Below, in pieces: positions 22,573-32,327 of a stretch of DNA of 64,000 nt; within the stretch, counting starts at the first letter, position 1; the number at the start of each line of letters is the position of its first letter. The stretch is taken from assembly GCA_963768425.1 (NCBI GenBank), contig CAVYHV010000015.1, forward strand, positions 24,427 to 88,426, read 5' to 3'. The notes below the pieces were generated by a model that worked only from the letters and a program-made list of their open reading frames with translations, made no database searches and had not been told where the DNA came from. The position numbers and the translations under genes were made by a program. The stretch comes from Candidatus Bathyarchaeota archaeon (GTDB lineage Archaea > Thermoproteota > Bathyarchaeia > Bathyarchaeales > Bathycorpusculaceae).

Positions 22573-23538
22573 ATGAAAGAGCTTGAGCAGATAGATATCA
22601 AGATTCTCAAAATGCTTCTCAAAGACGGTCGAAGAAGCTTTTTAGAAATAGCTACACAATGCCACACCTCAAAAAATGTCATCTGGGCACATTACAAAGA
22701 ACTCAAGAAGGCAGGCATAATTGTTGGCGCGACTATTCAATTTAACTATCAAAAATTTGGCTACCATGGCTTAGCGACCATAATGATGAATGTAGAATCG
22801 CAAAATCTTGCAAATGTTTTCAGTCGCATTAGCGAAATCCCTGAGATGCATATGTTTCGCTACTATAATTCTGTCTATAATATCGCTGCAATCTCCACTC
22901 TGAAAAACATGAGTGATTTAGAACACGTGAAACAAGTCATAAACAAAAACAACAAAATAAATGAGTTCAAAACTTATCTTTGGGTCGATGTTCGAAACAT
23001 ACCTGAAAACATTTTGTCTGATCCTTCTGACCATCAAGATGATTATGTTTGCCCTCCAGTAAATAATCAAGAAAATTTCCAAAAAATTGATGAAATCGAC
23101 CTACAAATAATCGATGCGCTCACTTTAAATGGGCGCTTGCCATTCCGACAAATCGCTCAACAGATTGGGGCATCAACCACCACAATAACTAGAAGATACG
23201 AACGGCTTAAGAAAAATAATCTAATCAAGGTCTCGATTCAAATTAATGCGTTGAAATTGGGTTTCCAAAGCATTCTGGAAGTTAGCTTAGCATTAGCTGA
23301 TCAAAATGAGATAAACGAAGTGGCAAACAAGCTATCTAGAATCGCAGGAGTATCATATCTTGTAAAAATAAGCGGAAATTATGACTTGTCAGTCGTTGTT
23401 TTAGTAAAGGACTGTAATAACGTGGTTAAAATTAATGACGCAATCTTACAAATACCGAACATCAAAAAGATGGAAGCAACATTAAGGACACTTCCCGCCA
23501 CTTGGTCTGGGAAACGTCAATATATATCTACGTTTTGA
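22573..23538 (+). CDS. tandem (double) Lrp/AsnC regulator
   Basis: two HTH-RAM units (IDIKILKML.DGR.SF..IA and IDLQIIDAL..NGRLPF..IA). Confidence 0.85.
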   Translation: MKELEQIDIKILKMLLKDGRRSFLEIATQCHTSKNVIWAHYKELKKAGIIVGATIQFNYQKFGYHGLATIMMNVESQNLANVFSRISEIPEMHMFRYYNSVYNIAAISTLKNMSDLEHVKQVINKNNKINEFKTYLWVDVRNIPENILSDPSDHQDDYVCPPVNNQENFQKIDEIDLQIIDALTLNGRLPFRQIAQQIGASTTTITRRYERLKKNNLIKVSIQINALKLGFQSILEVSLALADQNEINEVANKLSRIAGVSYLVKISGNYDLSVVVLVKDCNNVVKINDAILQIPNIKKMEATLRTLPATWSGKRQYISTF

Positions 23539-23670
23539 TAAATTGAAAAGGAATTGTCATTTTCTTGAATAAAAACACTATTAATAGCAGATTATGGTTC
23601 GAATCCCTCCTCAGTGTGAACTTAATAAAAACAAGGAAAACAAATGATTTTTTTGAAAAAATTGGGGTTT

Positions 23671-23776
23671 GCTGAGGCTCTGGAAACTAAGGAAGAAATT
23701 TTCTTTTTTAAGGAGAAAAAGAAAATGAACATTCTTCAAGTGCAGCTATTTCGAACATGACCAGAGCCTTCTCAGC
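23671..23776. repeat. about 105-bp inverted-repeat-bounded element, copy B
   Basis: GCTGAGGCTCTGG...CCAGAGCCTTCTCAGC. Confidence 0.8.
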
Positions 23777-23851
23777 CATTTATCTTTTCATCTCTTCTTG
23801 TTTTTTGGGGACTAAAAAAAGGGAAAGGGAGTTGTGTTAAGCACTTTTAAT

Positions 23852-26800
23852 TTATGGATGTTTTCTTGTGACAAGGAGTGCTATTACTGCGATTCCCACG
23901 ATTATGACGATGATGATTGCGATACCTACGTATTCGATTGTTGATTGGGTTGCAATTCCGGTAAGAGGTGTCGCTGTTGGTGCTGCTGTTGCTGCGGGAG
24001 AGCCGGCATAGACGAAAGTTTCAGCCGCCGATGAGTAGTAGCCATTAGTTCCTGCAAAAGTTGCAAATATAGTGTAGTTACCTGTTATGCTTGGAGTCCA
24101 TGTTAATCTGTAGCTGCCGCTCTGATCAGTCGTGGCGTAACCTATGGGGTAGTGGTTTCCATTAGAGTCTAAAACAGCCAATTGCACTTGAACACCTGTG
24201 AAGTTAGTTGGTTCAGCCTGATCCTGGTAGACGTAGCCCATCCATGATTGCATGCTTGCGTCAGATGCACATGGAACCCCGTGTGGAAAGTCTGCTGCCT
24301 GTTGACTTTGGGTCGTGCCAGATGATATGTCCATCACTGTGCCGGTGATCGTTACCGGTGTAGCTGTCGTCACTCCTAGGTTAGGTGCTGAAACAGTGGT
24401 AGCACTGGGGCCTCTGCCAATACTGTATATTTGGTTGACGTAGCCGTTCATGCAGGTTATGTATCCATCCGCCGTAGCCCATTGTGGAGCAGCACTGGAA
24501 GTCCACTCGCTCGGGTATTCTGAGAGTGCCCATATTTGTTGTCCTGTTGTGGCGTTAACAGCGGTTGCTTCAGCGCCTTTGTACAGCGGGTCAGGAATGG
24601 TGTGCTCATCAGTAGCCAAGTATACTACTCCGTTAGCAATGGATTGTATCTGGGTTGGGTAAACTCCGTATGGTGTGTTTAAGCCAGCATAAGTGCTGTT
24701 ACCTTCACCACCGTTGCCCCAAGTATAGACTAGTTGTCCAGTTACGTCGTTGAAGCAGTAGAGTATTCCTCCGAATCCATCGACATAGAGGTTCCCGTAA
24801 GCAACTACTCCTGGAGGGGGTTGCCCTGGGTCGTAATAGTAATTAAAGGCGGCTGCGGTTGGAGTTGTCCATAGTAGTTGGCCCGTGTTTAGACTGTATC
24901 CTTGGAATTGTATAGTTTCCAGCGAATAAAGTGTGAAGACGCCGGTTTGGAAGTCGACTGCACTCTGTAAGAGAGTGACGTTGCCTGCTGGCGGATTATA
25001 CGTCTTCATCCACAGGATTGAACCGATTGCACCGACAGATGAGTTAAGGTTGACGGCGAAGTATGTGTAAGGAAGTTGCGGGTATCCTGCTTTAGTCGCG
25101 CCGAAACCAACGGGTAGAGAGCCGTTTCTGCAAAGCATTACATCGCCATATTTTACTGCGAGTATCGACACGGGGTTTGATCCAGTTGGCGGTTGCACTA
25201 TTTGTCCTGTGACGGCGCTGGGTGTTGCAGGTGGCGGCGGCATGGTGTTAAGCCATGGTAGTGAAATGTTCCAGTCATAAGTTGTTAATGAGCCGGAATT
25301 GATGCTTTTTATGGGAGCAGTGGTTCCAGGTGCAGCGGCATTGGAGTTAAGAGGTATGTTTGCATTCACCGTAATTGAGGAGCCGCGTGGAACGAATGTT
25401 GTAAGGCCAGTTTGGTAGATAACCCATTTCACCTACAGCTGGAATAGGGATCGTTGGAAGAAGGACTCCGTTGGATGCATTTACTGGGTCTGGTGATAAA
25501 CTTCCACCGCCGGTGTACGGATTAATGTCGTACTGCCAAAGTTTAGACATGTTCCATTCAGACATGTACCAATTTGGATTAGCAGCAGTGCCAATGTTGG
25601 TTATGACGTACTTTAATTCTTCACCGCTCGGACCCAAGATGTTATTGCTTACAACAGTATTCGGGAAGGCTACAACGCTTGGGGGGGATGTAGCTATAGG
25701 TACGACGTATGAAGTGCTTGCGGGAAGATTAGTTACGTTGAACAGCGAGTCTCCTGTGTATGCATCATAAAGCTGCCACTGGCCTGTAATTGAGTTTGGT
25801 GAGACTAAGATTGGCGGGTAAACACCATGTTGGTCGGGGTCCCAGAGGCTGTAGATGTAGCCGAATGAAATTGGGGGTATGTTTGGGTTACTCCAGAGTT
25901 GTTGTCCTGTGCGGAGGTTAATTGCTACGGTGGGTCCGCTGCCGGGGCCAGTGAATGACGCTGGTTGTGTGTAGAATAGTACTCCGTCCATTATTATCGG
26001 ATTGCTGAATCTTGGCTGATATGCAGATCCTTCGTAATAGGATGCTCCCTGAACAGCACCGCTGGGATTTGAGCCGCCGGCTGAAAACATGTTGCCTCCA
26101 ACCACTCCTCCAAATTGAAGCGGCAAAGTCCACATAAGATGAGAAGTTAAAGGTCCTACGGCATCTGTATGATACAGTGCTGCGTTTGCAGTGGCGCCAT
26201 ATCCTTCTGGCGGTCCCGAACCTGAGCCTAGCCAGTTTGACGAAAGTGGCCACCAGTTAGAGTCTGCACCGTATACTGGTTCTTGCCAGTAGCTTGTCGG
26301 TAGGGGTTCACTAGTTATAGCGCTGGAAATTGGTGCTGTTTGCACGGTGAGCGTTGTTGTTGCATTGCTAGGAAGATATGTATCGTTCACCATCGGTGAT
26401 TGGGCGTAGCCGTTGCCATTTGCGCCGTACACTTGTCCTGGATAATAAAAGCTGAAAGTGTAGGTACCAACAGCGGTAGGAGTAAAGGATGTTTCCTGAT
26501 TTGATGTTGTATCAGAGATGATTGGAAAAGTCGTTGTTGTTTTTGCCCCATCCGGTGCAGTTACGGTAAGCTGATAGCCTAGGAATCTATAGTTGTTTGA
26601 AAGTAAGGCTGCGCTCGCTGTGTAACCGTTCGTTCCGACAGCGGCAGTTGTTCCACCGGGTGCTCCGTAAACTTCAGTAAGCCACATGTAAACGTTTATT
26701 GTTTGACCGACACCTATAGGATTAGGTTCGGCAACAATGTAGGCTTGTGTTGGAATTTGCCACACAGGTGTATGTGCGTTAACGCTTGGTATTATCATTA

Positions 26801-26873
26801 GTGAAGCTGTCATCGAAAATGTTAAAAGTACAGCAATAAGAATAGCCATTGTTTTGCTTTTCAGTTTTTTCAT
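23852..26873 (-). CDS. beta-propeller surface protein paralog 2, one frameshift near 25425
   Basis: ORFs 25347-26873 and 23852-25432 join on removing one G from a GGG run; colinear with paralogs 1 and 4. Confidence 0.85.
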
Positions 26874-27044
26874 TTTTTTCCCTGAATGGCTTATTTATCG
26901 ATCTCCTTATATGCCTTTGGTGCCTAACGCGAAAAAATGGACAAAACTATAGAAATCCAGTCTTTTGACTGAATATTTCTCGTCTTTAGCTAAAAAATGG
27001 GAAGCATTATCAAAAAAACAGGATAATTCAGTTTATGTAGCACC
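26874..27044. promoter_or_regulatory. second copy of the promoter block, with no Lrp gene behind it
   Basis: matches 22385-22554, then switches abruptly to unrelated sequence at 27045. Confidence 0.75.
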
Positions 27045-27300
27045 ATCTCCAGCTTTATCCCACATCTCAAGCTTCTCATATTTCATTGCCGCCTCCTCAT
27101 ATCGCCCAGCTCTTTCAAGATTTCTGGCTTCTTCCATTATACATTCTCGTGGCGGAGGCGGAGGGACTGATAAATCTGTTCAATCTTTTCTAAACTTTAT
27201 ACGGCAACGTGGACACCAAAAGACATCTGCGAAGGTATTGGTCGGATTTCGAAAGACGAGCTTTTGTTAAAATCATGGGGATATCTTGACGCCAGTTATT
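27033..27300 (-). pseudogene. remnant of a Zn-ribbon/TPR-like protein gene truncated at the promoter-block junction
   Basis: WCPRC...*...MEEARNLERAGRYEEAAMKYEKLEMWDKAG; internal stops; boundaries approximate. Confidence 0.45.
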
Positions 27301-27403
27301 ACCATTTAATTGAGCTGATTTTTGTGTAAATTATTCTGGTGTTCTATGGTAGAATTGAAATTTGCAAAAGACCTTTTAAGGTATATTTCGTAAGCTTGCC
27401 CAA

Positions 27404-27664
27404 ATGTTTCTTCAGGTTTTGGCTGCTGTAGTTCATAACCAATTTGAAGTCATTCACCCCTTCCAAGATGGCAACGGGAGAGTCGGGCGACTATTGCTAA
27501 ATAACATATTACTAAAACATAATCTGCCACCCTTAAACATCGAATTAAAAAATCGAGCCCAATACTTCGCCGCCCTACAAGCATACGAAAAAGAAAACAA
27601 AATACGCCCAACGTTGGAGCTCATGCTAAAAGAATACCATGCCCTCAAAAAAATCATCAAATAG
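27404..27664 (+). pseudogene. Fic-domain C-terminal fragment
   Basis: canonical HPFQDGNGRVGR motif with no N-terminal part upstream. Confidence 0.75.
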
Positions 27665-27694
27665 GTGACTACAAAAAACGGAAATGTAGTCACC
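27664..27694. terminator. perfect 10-bp stem-loop after the Fic fragment
   Basis: GGTGACTACA-11nt-TGTAGTCACC. Confidence 0.5.
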
Positions 27695-27709
27695 CAGAAT
27701 TCCTGGCGG

Positions 27710-27755
27710 CTGTTTGACGTGCAGAAAGTCGCTGGCCTGAATCTGGTCCGACCTA
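27710..27755 (+). other. degenerate 3' half of a tRNA-Val(GAC)-like gene
   Basis: CTGT-TTGACGT-GCAG, variable loop AAGTC, GCTGG-CCTGAAT-CTGGT, CCGACCT-A. Confidence 0.5.
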
Positions 27756-27841
27756 CTCCCGCGTAGAAATGCTCCATTTGACTGTTTTTAAAGTATTTTG
27801 TTATTCTTGCTCCTTTAGCTCTTTGTGGTTTGAACCCGACA

Positions 27842-27971
27842 GAGGCTGTGTAAAAACTCAAATCGAGTTCAAAAAATTGCCTCAAATGTGCATTGAAATT
27901 TTTTTTAGGCCAGCATTATTTGCATGAAGCCAGCAATTTTCTGAGATCAAGAATAGTTTTTACATAGTCTG
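27842..27971 (-). mobile_element. 130-bp MITE with IS1182-type ends, copy 1
   Basis: TIRs GAGGCTGTGTAAAAACT / AGTTTTTACATAGTCTG; TSD GACA (27838-27841, 27972-27975). Confidence 0.85.
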
Positions 27972-28027
27972 GACACGGGTCAAATCCCGCCCGACCCACT
28001 CCCAAGGCACACATTTAAGGTTCTAAC

Positions 28028-28065
28028 GACGGTTTAAACGACGGCTTCAAGTTAGCCCTCGGCAC
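28028..28065 (+). repeat. att-like site R2
   Basis: GACGGTTTAAACGACGGCTTCAAGTTAGCCCTCGGCAC. Confidence 0.9.
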
Positions 28066-28208
28066 ATTTTTGCTTATTTTCTGCTTGTTTCTTGGCAATT
28101 TCTTGTTTCTTCGCAAAGAAAGGAAAAAGTACATTCGCTTCGGCTGTTCAAACTCCCGGACCATAATGTGGTTTGAACTCTGCGGGGTTCAAAAACCAAT
28201 CGAGACCC
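28055..28208 (+). repeat. conserved unit left arm, copy 3 (contains the empty IS target hairpin)
   Basis: TGAACTC-TGCG-GGGTTCA at 28174-28191. Confidence 0.9.
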
Positions 28209-28291
28209 AAACCGCTTCAGGCTCGAATCCAATCATAAAATTCTCATCTTATTTGCCCTGATCCCTTGAGATAAATAAACATGAAGAAACT

Positions 28292-28742
28292 TCACTTGGC
28301 TTCGTCTGAAAAGAGTTGCTTTCCTTTTTCTGTGATTTCGATGGCACCTACTTGCTTGAAAATATTAACGTTGTCAGTAACGTTCCAGTATTCTGCGAGT
28401 TTGCCATTAACTATACGATAGATGTCAACAGCCTCAGCTCTTATCTTCTTTCCAGTAGGACTTAGTCCCATAAATTCGCCTTTTGTGGGTCCCAGTATAG
28501 GAAAGGCGAACCCACACCTTGTTCCCTTCAGCGATGATGTCTTCAATAGATTCATGCCAATCAGGAAATGCGTTAAGACCCATAATAAATAATTGTTTGA
28601 GACCTTCTCGACCGACATTCTTGGAGCGGTCGATATAATCTGGTGCCACAAAATCGTCTATTAATTTCAAATAGTCCACGTTTCGATTATTATAGGCTTC
28701 AATAAATCTGCGAACAATCGCTTTATTCTCTTCTAAAGACAA
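28292..28742 (-). CDS. SnoaL-like ester cyclase, one frameshift in an A-run near 28485
   Basis: LEENKAIVRRF...AFPDWHESIEDIIAEGNKVWVR..YTGTHK|GEFMGLSPTGKKI; likely TTG start at 28742. Confidence 0.85.
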
Positions 28743-28907
28743 AAAATCACCAGTAAATTCTATTCTCTTTTTGAGATTTAAGCGTGTTGTGAAGTGCAAG
28801 TTTTAGACTTTAGGGCTTATCCACTTCTTTGCAGTCTATCAAAGACTCCAAGAGTAACCGTTTCCCAACGTCATTTTTAGATACTTTTCTTGTCGCATTC
28901 AAATCTC

Positions 28908-29723
28908 TTAAGTAATATCAACACGTTTTGAAGACTCGGCACTATGATCAAGAAAAAGAGCTATTAAATTCAATGTGTTGTCAGTTATCAGCTCGCGCGA
29001 TAAACCACTTTTAATTCCCATTTGATTCAAAGTCGTTCGTCTTAATTCCATCTCAGAAAGCAGACCATTCATAAGCATAGTTACATATTGAACGATAATA
29101 CTTTCTTTCATATCATTCTTTATTGTTTTATCTTTCTTGCCTTTTCTAACTGCTTTTGACCAAAACTCACCATTTCTCAACATCTGAATAAAGAATTCAA
29201 TGAAATGGGGCTCTTCAAAATATTTCTCAAATTCAAAATCTTCTAATGGCGAGAGGTCTTCAGTCAACTTGTTCAGGGTAGACTGTCCTACTTTGTTGAC
29301 GATAAGTTCAATTATGGATTCAGGCATTAAGTTCATGTTTTTAATGTGCTCAAAAGTGTCATTGGTGATCTTTAGTACTATTGGGTTGTCGATGCCATCT
29401 TTGAGTGTTTTTGCGCAAAGGAATAGAACCTGTTCTTTTCCGGATACGTCAGTTGGTAGAGTGGCAATCATGGTTTCATTGAGTTCTTTGAAGACTTTTT
29501 TTCCGACGGCAAAAAAAACATCGTTTTTGTTTTTAAAATAATTATATATTGTTGTGCGACTTACAAACGCTGCTTCGGCAATATCTTCTAGAAGGACCTC
29601 ATTTATAGGTTTTTTAGAGTAAAATTTTTCCGCTACGGCGAGAATTTCTTCTTTTGTTCTCTCTTTCTTTCTGTCGCGCAATTGTTTTTTTTCTTTGGAG
29701 GCATTGTTTTGAGTTAGTTTCAT
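28908..29723 (-). CDS. TetR/AcrR family regulator
   Basis: RTKEEILAVAEKF...LEDIAEAAFVSRTTIYNYFKNK. Confidence 0.9.
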   Translation of the reverse strand: MKLTQNNASKEKKQLRDRKKERTKEEILAVAEKFYSKKPINEVLLEDIAEAAFVSRTTIYNYFKNKNDVFFAVGKKVFKELNETMIATLPTDVSGKEQVLFLCAKTLKDGIDNPIVLKITNDTFEHIKNMNLMPESIIELIVNKVGQSTLNKLTEDLSPLEDFEFEKYFEEPHFIEFFIQMLRNGEFWSKAVRKGKKDKTIKNDMKESIIVQYVTMLMNGLLSEMELRRTTLNQMGIKSGLSRELITDNTLNLIALFLDHSAESSKRVDIT

Positions 29724-29780
29724 GACGTGAAAACATAATTGGCATCGCTGTTTATAAATATTTTACAGCTAATACATAAT

Positions 29781-29795
29781 TTTACACCGTGTAAA
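29781..29795. promoter_or_regulatory. candidate TetR operator
   Basis: perfect palindrome TTTACAC-C-GTGTAAA in the divergent intergenic gap. Confidence 0.55.
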
Positions 29796-29832
29796 TATTT
29801 ATATGCGACGTGTACTATAGTAATTAAATGTC

Positions 29833-30543
29833 GTGTTTTGTATGTCAACTGAAGAAGAAAATTTTTTGAGCAAAGAAAAGAGCGTTTTGCGATGGAGCGG
29901 TCTGGCTGGTATTCTGGCTGGAGTCTTTTTTATTTGCACCATCGTCACGCTAATTAATTTTGGGAATTCGACAACAGCCAACGTTGCGGATTTGATCACA
30001 AAGTTTCCAGATCACAGAATGGACCTTGCGGTGGGAAATGTCTTCTACTTTTTGGTCAGCGTCTCGTTAGTTGGTCTCGCGCTTGGCCTGTATCAGGCTC
30101 TTCGAAGGGCGAGCATTGGACTCCCGCTCTTCGGGACTGTTCTATTCGTTCTAGGTCTAGGAGTAACCTTTATTGAAGATACTACGCAGATCGCTTTCGA
30201 CCCGATCTCCAAACTCTATAATGCTGCCGCAGCGACCTCCACGGACAAAGCTACACTCACCCTCATATGGCAGGCAACACAGGGTATGTTCAATCAGTTT
30301 GACGTCGGAGCAACACTCCTCCTCTCCACAGGGTTAATCGTTCTTGGAGCAGCCATGATCAGGGTACCAGCTTTTGGCAAAATCTTCGGCGGGCTAAGTA
30401 TTGCAATCGGAGCGGCTCAGATCGTAGGGATATCTTTCCTTTCAACCAATTCTGCCGCATACGCACCATTCGCCCTCCTAGCCTTCTTAATCTTCCCAGT
30501 CGTCTTCGGATGGAAACTCTACAGTCTATCAAGGAAGCCATAA
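29833..30543 (+). CDS. DUF4386-like multi-pass membrane protein
   Basis: LRWSGLAGILAG start; about six hydrophobic helices. Confidence 0.65.
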   Translation: MFCMSTEEENFLSKEKSVLRWSGLAGILAGVFFICTIVTLINFGNSTTANVADLITKFPDHRMDLAVGNVFYFLVSVSLVGLALGLYQALRRASIGLPLFGTVLFVLGLGVTFIEDTTQIAFDPISKLYNAAAATSTDKATLTLIWQATQGMFNQFDVGATLLLSTGLIVLGAAMIRVPAFGKIFGGLSIAIGAAQIVGISFLSTNSAAYAPFALLAFLIFPVVFGWKLYSLSRKP

Positions 30544-30725
30544 GAAATCTTGGAATTGTTCTTGGGGGACTCCTTTTACGGAGTCTTTCAACACAATAAA
30601 CTGTGTTGGAATCCCAACGGGCCGCCATAAGAATTTTTTAAGAAGAATTGAGGATTCGCTTAGCGCGCGCTAAAGTGTTTTCAAACGCGCTTGACGCTTT
30701 TAGGCGATTGGACCTGACCCCATTT

Positions 30726-30855
30726 GAGACTGTGTAAAAACTATTTTTAATTTCAGAAAATTGCTGGTTTTATCTAAATAATGTTGGTTTAAAAAAGGAT
30801 TCAAAACATATTTGAAGCAATTTTTTGGGCTTGATTTGAGTTTTTACACAGCCTG
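30726..30855 (+). mobile_element. 130-bp MITE with IS1182-type ends, copy 2 (opposite orientation to copy 1)
   Basis: TSD ATTT (30722-30725, 30856-30859); 107/130 ungapped identity to the reverse complement of copy 1 by manual count. Confidence 0.85.
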
Positions 30856-30900
30856 ATTTGGGGTCAAATCCCACCGGACTCGCACCTTTAAAGTTCTAGC

Positions 30901-30938
30901 GACGGTTTAAACGACGGCTTCAAGCTTGCCCTCGGCAC
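30901..30938 (+). repeat. att-like site R3
   Basis: GACGGTTTAAACGACGGCTTCAAGCTTGCCCTCGGCAC. Confidence 0.9.
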
Positions 30939-31098
30939 TTTTGAGTTCAATAGAAGCTTGTTTTAACAATAAAGTCACACTTTGGAATAATTTGCCTACA
31001 ACTCAGGGATTCGTGAAATATTGAAAATGAGATGAATAGAGTCAAATTGTAGAAATCTTTTTACTTCTTGTTGCTCATAAGGACATAGGCGACTAAAA

Positions 31099-31308
31099 GT
31101 GACCCTAACAATCAATAGCGATGAACTGAAAACTGTCCTTGATAAACTAGATACGGTGAAACTTGAACTTTTACGATTGAGAGCAATGTTGTTGCCAGAA
31201 GAGGAGGCTACGGAACAAGAAAAGAAAGAGATCAAAAAAGCGAAACAAGAACTATCAAAAGGGTCAAGGATAAACCTTAAAGAGTTTATTGATGAACTGG
31301 GCTGCTGA
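31099..31308 (+). CDS. archaeal RelB-like antitoxin
   Basis: 69 aa, acidic LPEEEATEQEKKEI...INLKEF tail, directly upstream of relE. Confidence 0.7.
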   Translation: MTLTINSDELKTVLDKLDTVKLELLRLRAMLLPEEEATEQEKKEIKKAKQELSKGSRINLKEFIDELGC

Positions 31309-31315
31309 CTTCTAA

Positions 31316-31577
31316 TTGTTTGACATCACTGTTGCTCAACGAGCCCAGAAGAGTCCAAGAAGCTGCCTGAACACCTCAAACGCAGAATTGTCGAACTTCT
31401 TTTAATCTTACGGGAAAACCCAGTCCCAGCAGAATACTATGATGTAAAGAAACTGAAGGGACTGGCAGACACATATAGAATTAGAATCGGTGATTTCAGA
31501 ATTATCTATGAAATTTCTTGGGACAAAGCGGCGGTGAATATATTATATATTGGGTCCGGGAAAACGCGTATTCTTGA
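31316..31577 (+). CDS. relE: RelE/ParE toxin (missed by the ORF track; about two 1-nt indels)
   Basis: LPEHLKRRIVELL...DVKKLKGLADTYRIRIGDFRIIYEI; a repaired end reads IG.RENAYS*. Confidence 0.8.
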
Positions 31578-31580
31578 ATC

Positions 31581-31619
31581 GACGGTTTAAACGACGACAT
31601 GAAGCTAGTCCCTCGGCAC
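31581..31619 (+). repeat. att-like site R4 (followed by CA, giving GGCACCA)
   Basis: GACGGTTTAAACGACGACATGAAGCTAGTCCCTCGGCAC. Confidence 0.9.
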
Positions 31620-31839
31620 CAAATATCCTTAATTTAAGGTTATTTTGCAATATTGGGCATAAATTACAACATTATATGCGCTCTGCAAGCAGGGTAATGA
31701 GATATGAAAGAGGGAACGTTTCTACTCATAGACTTTACCGGAAAAGCAAAATATTGATTGAAGCAAACAATACTGCTTCACGATTGGAGGTAACAGATTG
31801 ATTTCGGGGACAAGGGGTCTCCAGATATTTTTATAAATG

Positions 31840-32109
31840 TTAGAGCATTTTTGAAAAGTCATCGTACACTTTGCTTCTATGGCCGACAAAAAGAATGACT
31901 ACTTGGTTTTTGTTTTGGTCTATCTCGTAGATAACTCTGTAGTCGCCTACTCGTAGACTCCAGAAATCTGATTGTTTTAGGGGTTTTCCTGTTTTGTCGG
32001 GGTTTTCACGCAGTTGCTTTGCGCTCTCGACTATTCTTGTTCGGACGTGTTTTTCAGTTTTTTGGAGTTCTTTTGCTGCTTTAGGGTGCAGAAGTACTTT
32101 GAAAGTCAC
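31840..32109 (-). CDS. relE: RelE/ParE toxin
   Basis: FKVLLHPKAAKEL...GKPLKQSDFWSLRVGDYRVIYEID...VGHRSKVY. Confidence 0.9.
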   Translation of the reverse strand: MTFKVLLHPKAAKELQKTEKHVRTRIVESAKQLRENPDKTGKPLKQSDFWSLRVGDYRVIYEIDQNKNQVVILFVGHRSKVYDDFSKML

Positions 32110-32327
32110 TCTAGTTCCTCTATAGGAATGAGGGATTCTGGGCGTTGTTTTGCTTCTTCGCTACGTTCCATGAGTGTGTTGAAGAAGTTGCATGTTTTTT
32201 CGCGTTCTTGATAGTAGGTGATGATTGATTTTATGGCGTCGCTTCGGTTTTTGAAGCGGCCTTCTGCTACCCATCCATCTATTTCCTCGAGGGTTTTTTG
32301 TGGAAGACGTAGTTGTACTTGAGCCAA
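32106..32327 (-). CDS. ribbon-helix-helix antitoxin
   Basis: QVQLRLPQKTLEEIDGWVAEGRFKNRSDAIK; 4-bp overlap with relE. Confidence 0.85.
   Translation of the reverse strand: MAQVQLRLPQKTLEEIDGWVAEGRFKNRSDAIKSIITYYQEREKTCNFFNTLMERSEEAKQRPESLIPIEELE

Noticed and set aside
23596-23606. GGTTCGAATCC as a tRNA gene
   Set aside because: Only a T-loop-like 11-mer with no pairing arms or acceptor stem.
28021-28060. 38-bp sites as integron attC (CTAAC...GTTAG resembles R''/R')
   Set aside because: Much shorter than known attC sites, no L boxes or long bottom-strand hairpin, the complementarity is not kept in all five copies, and no intI is present.
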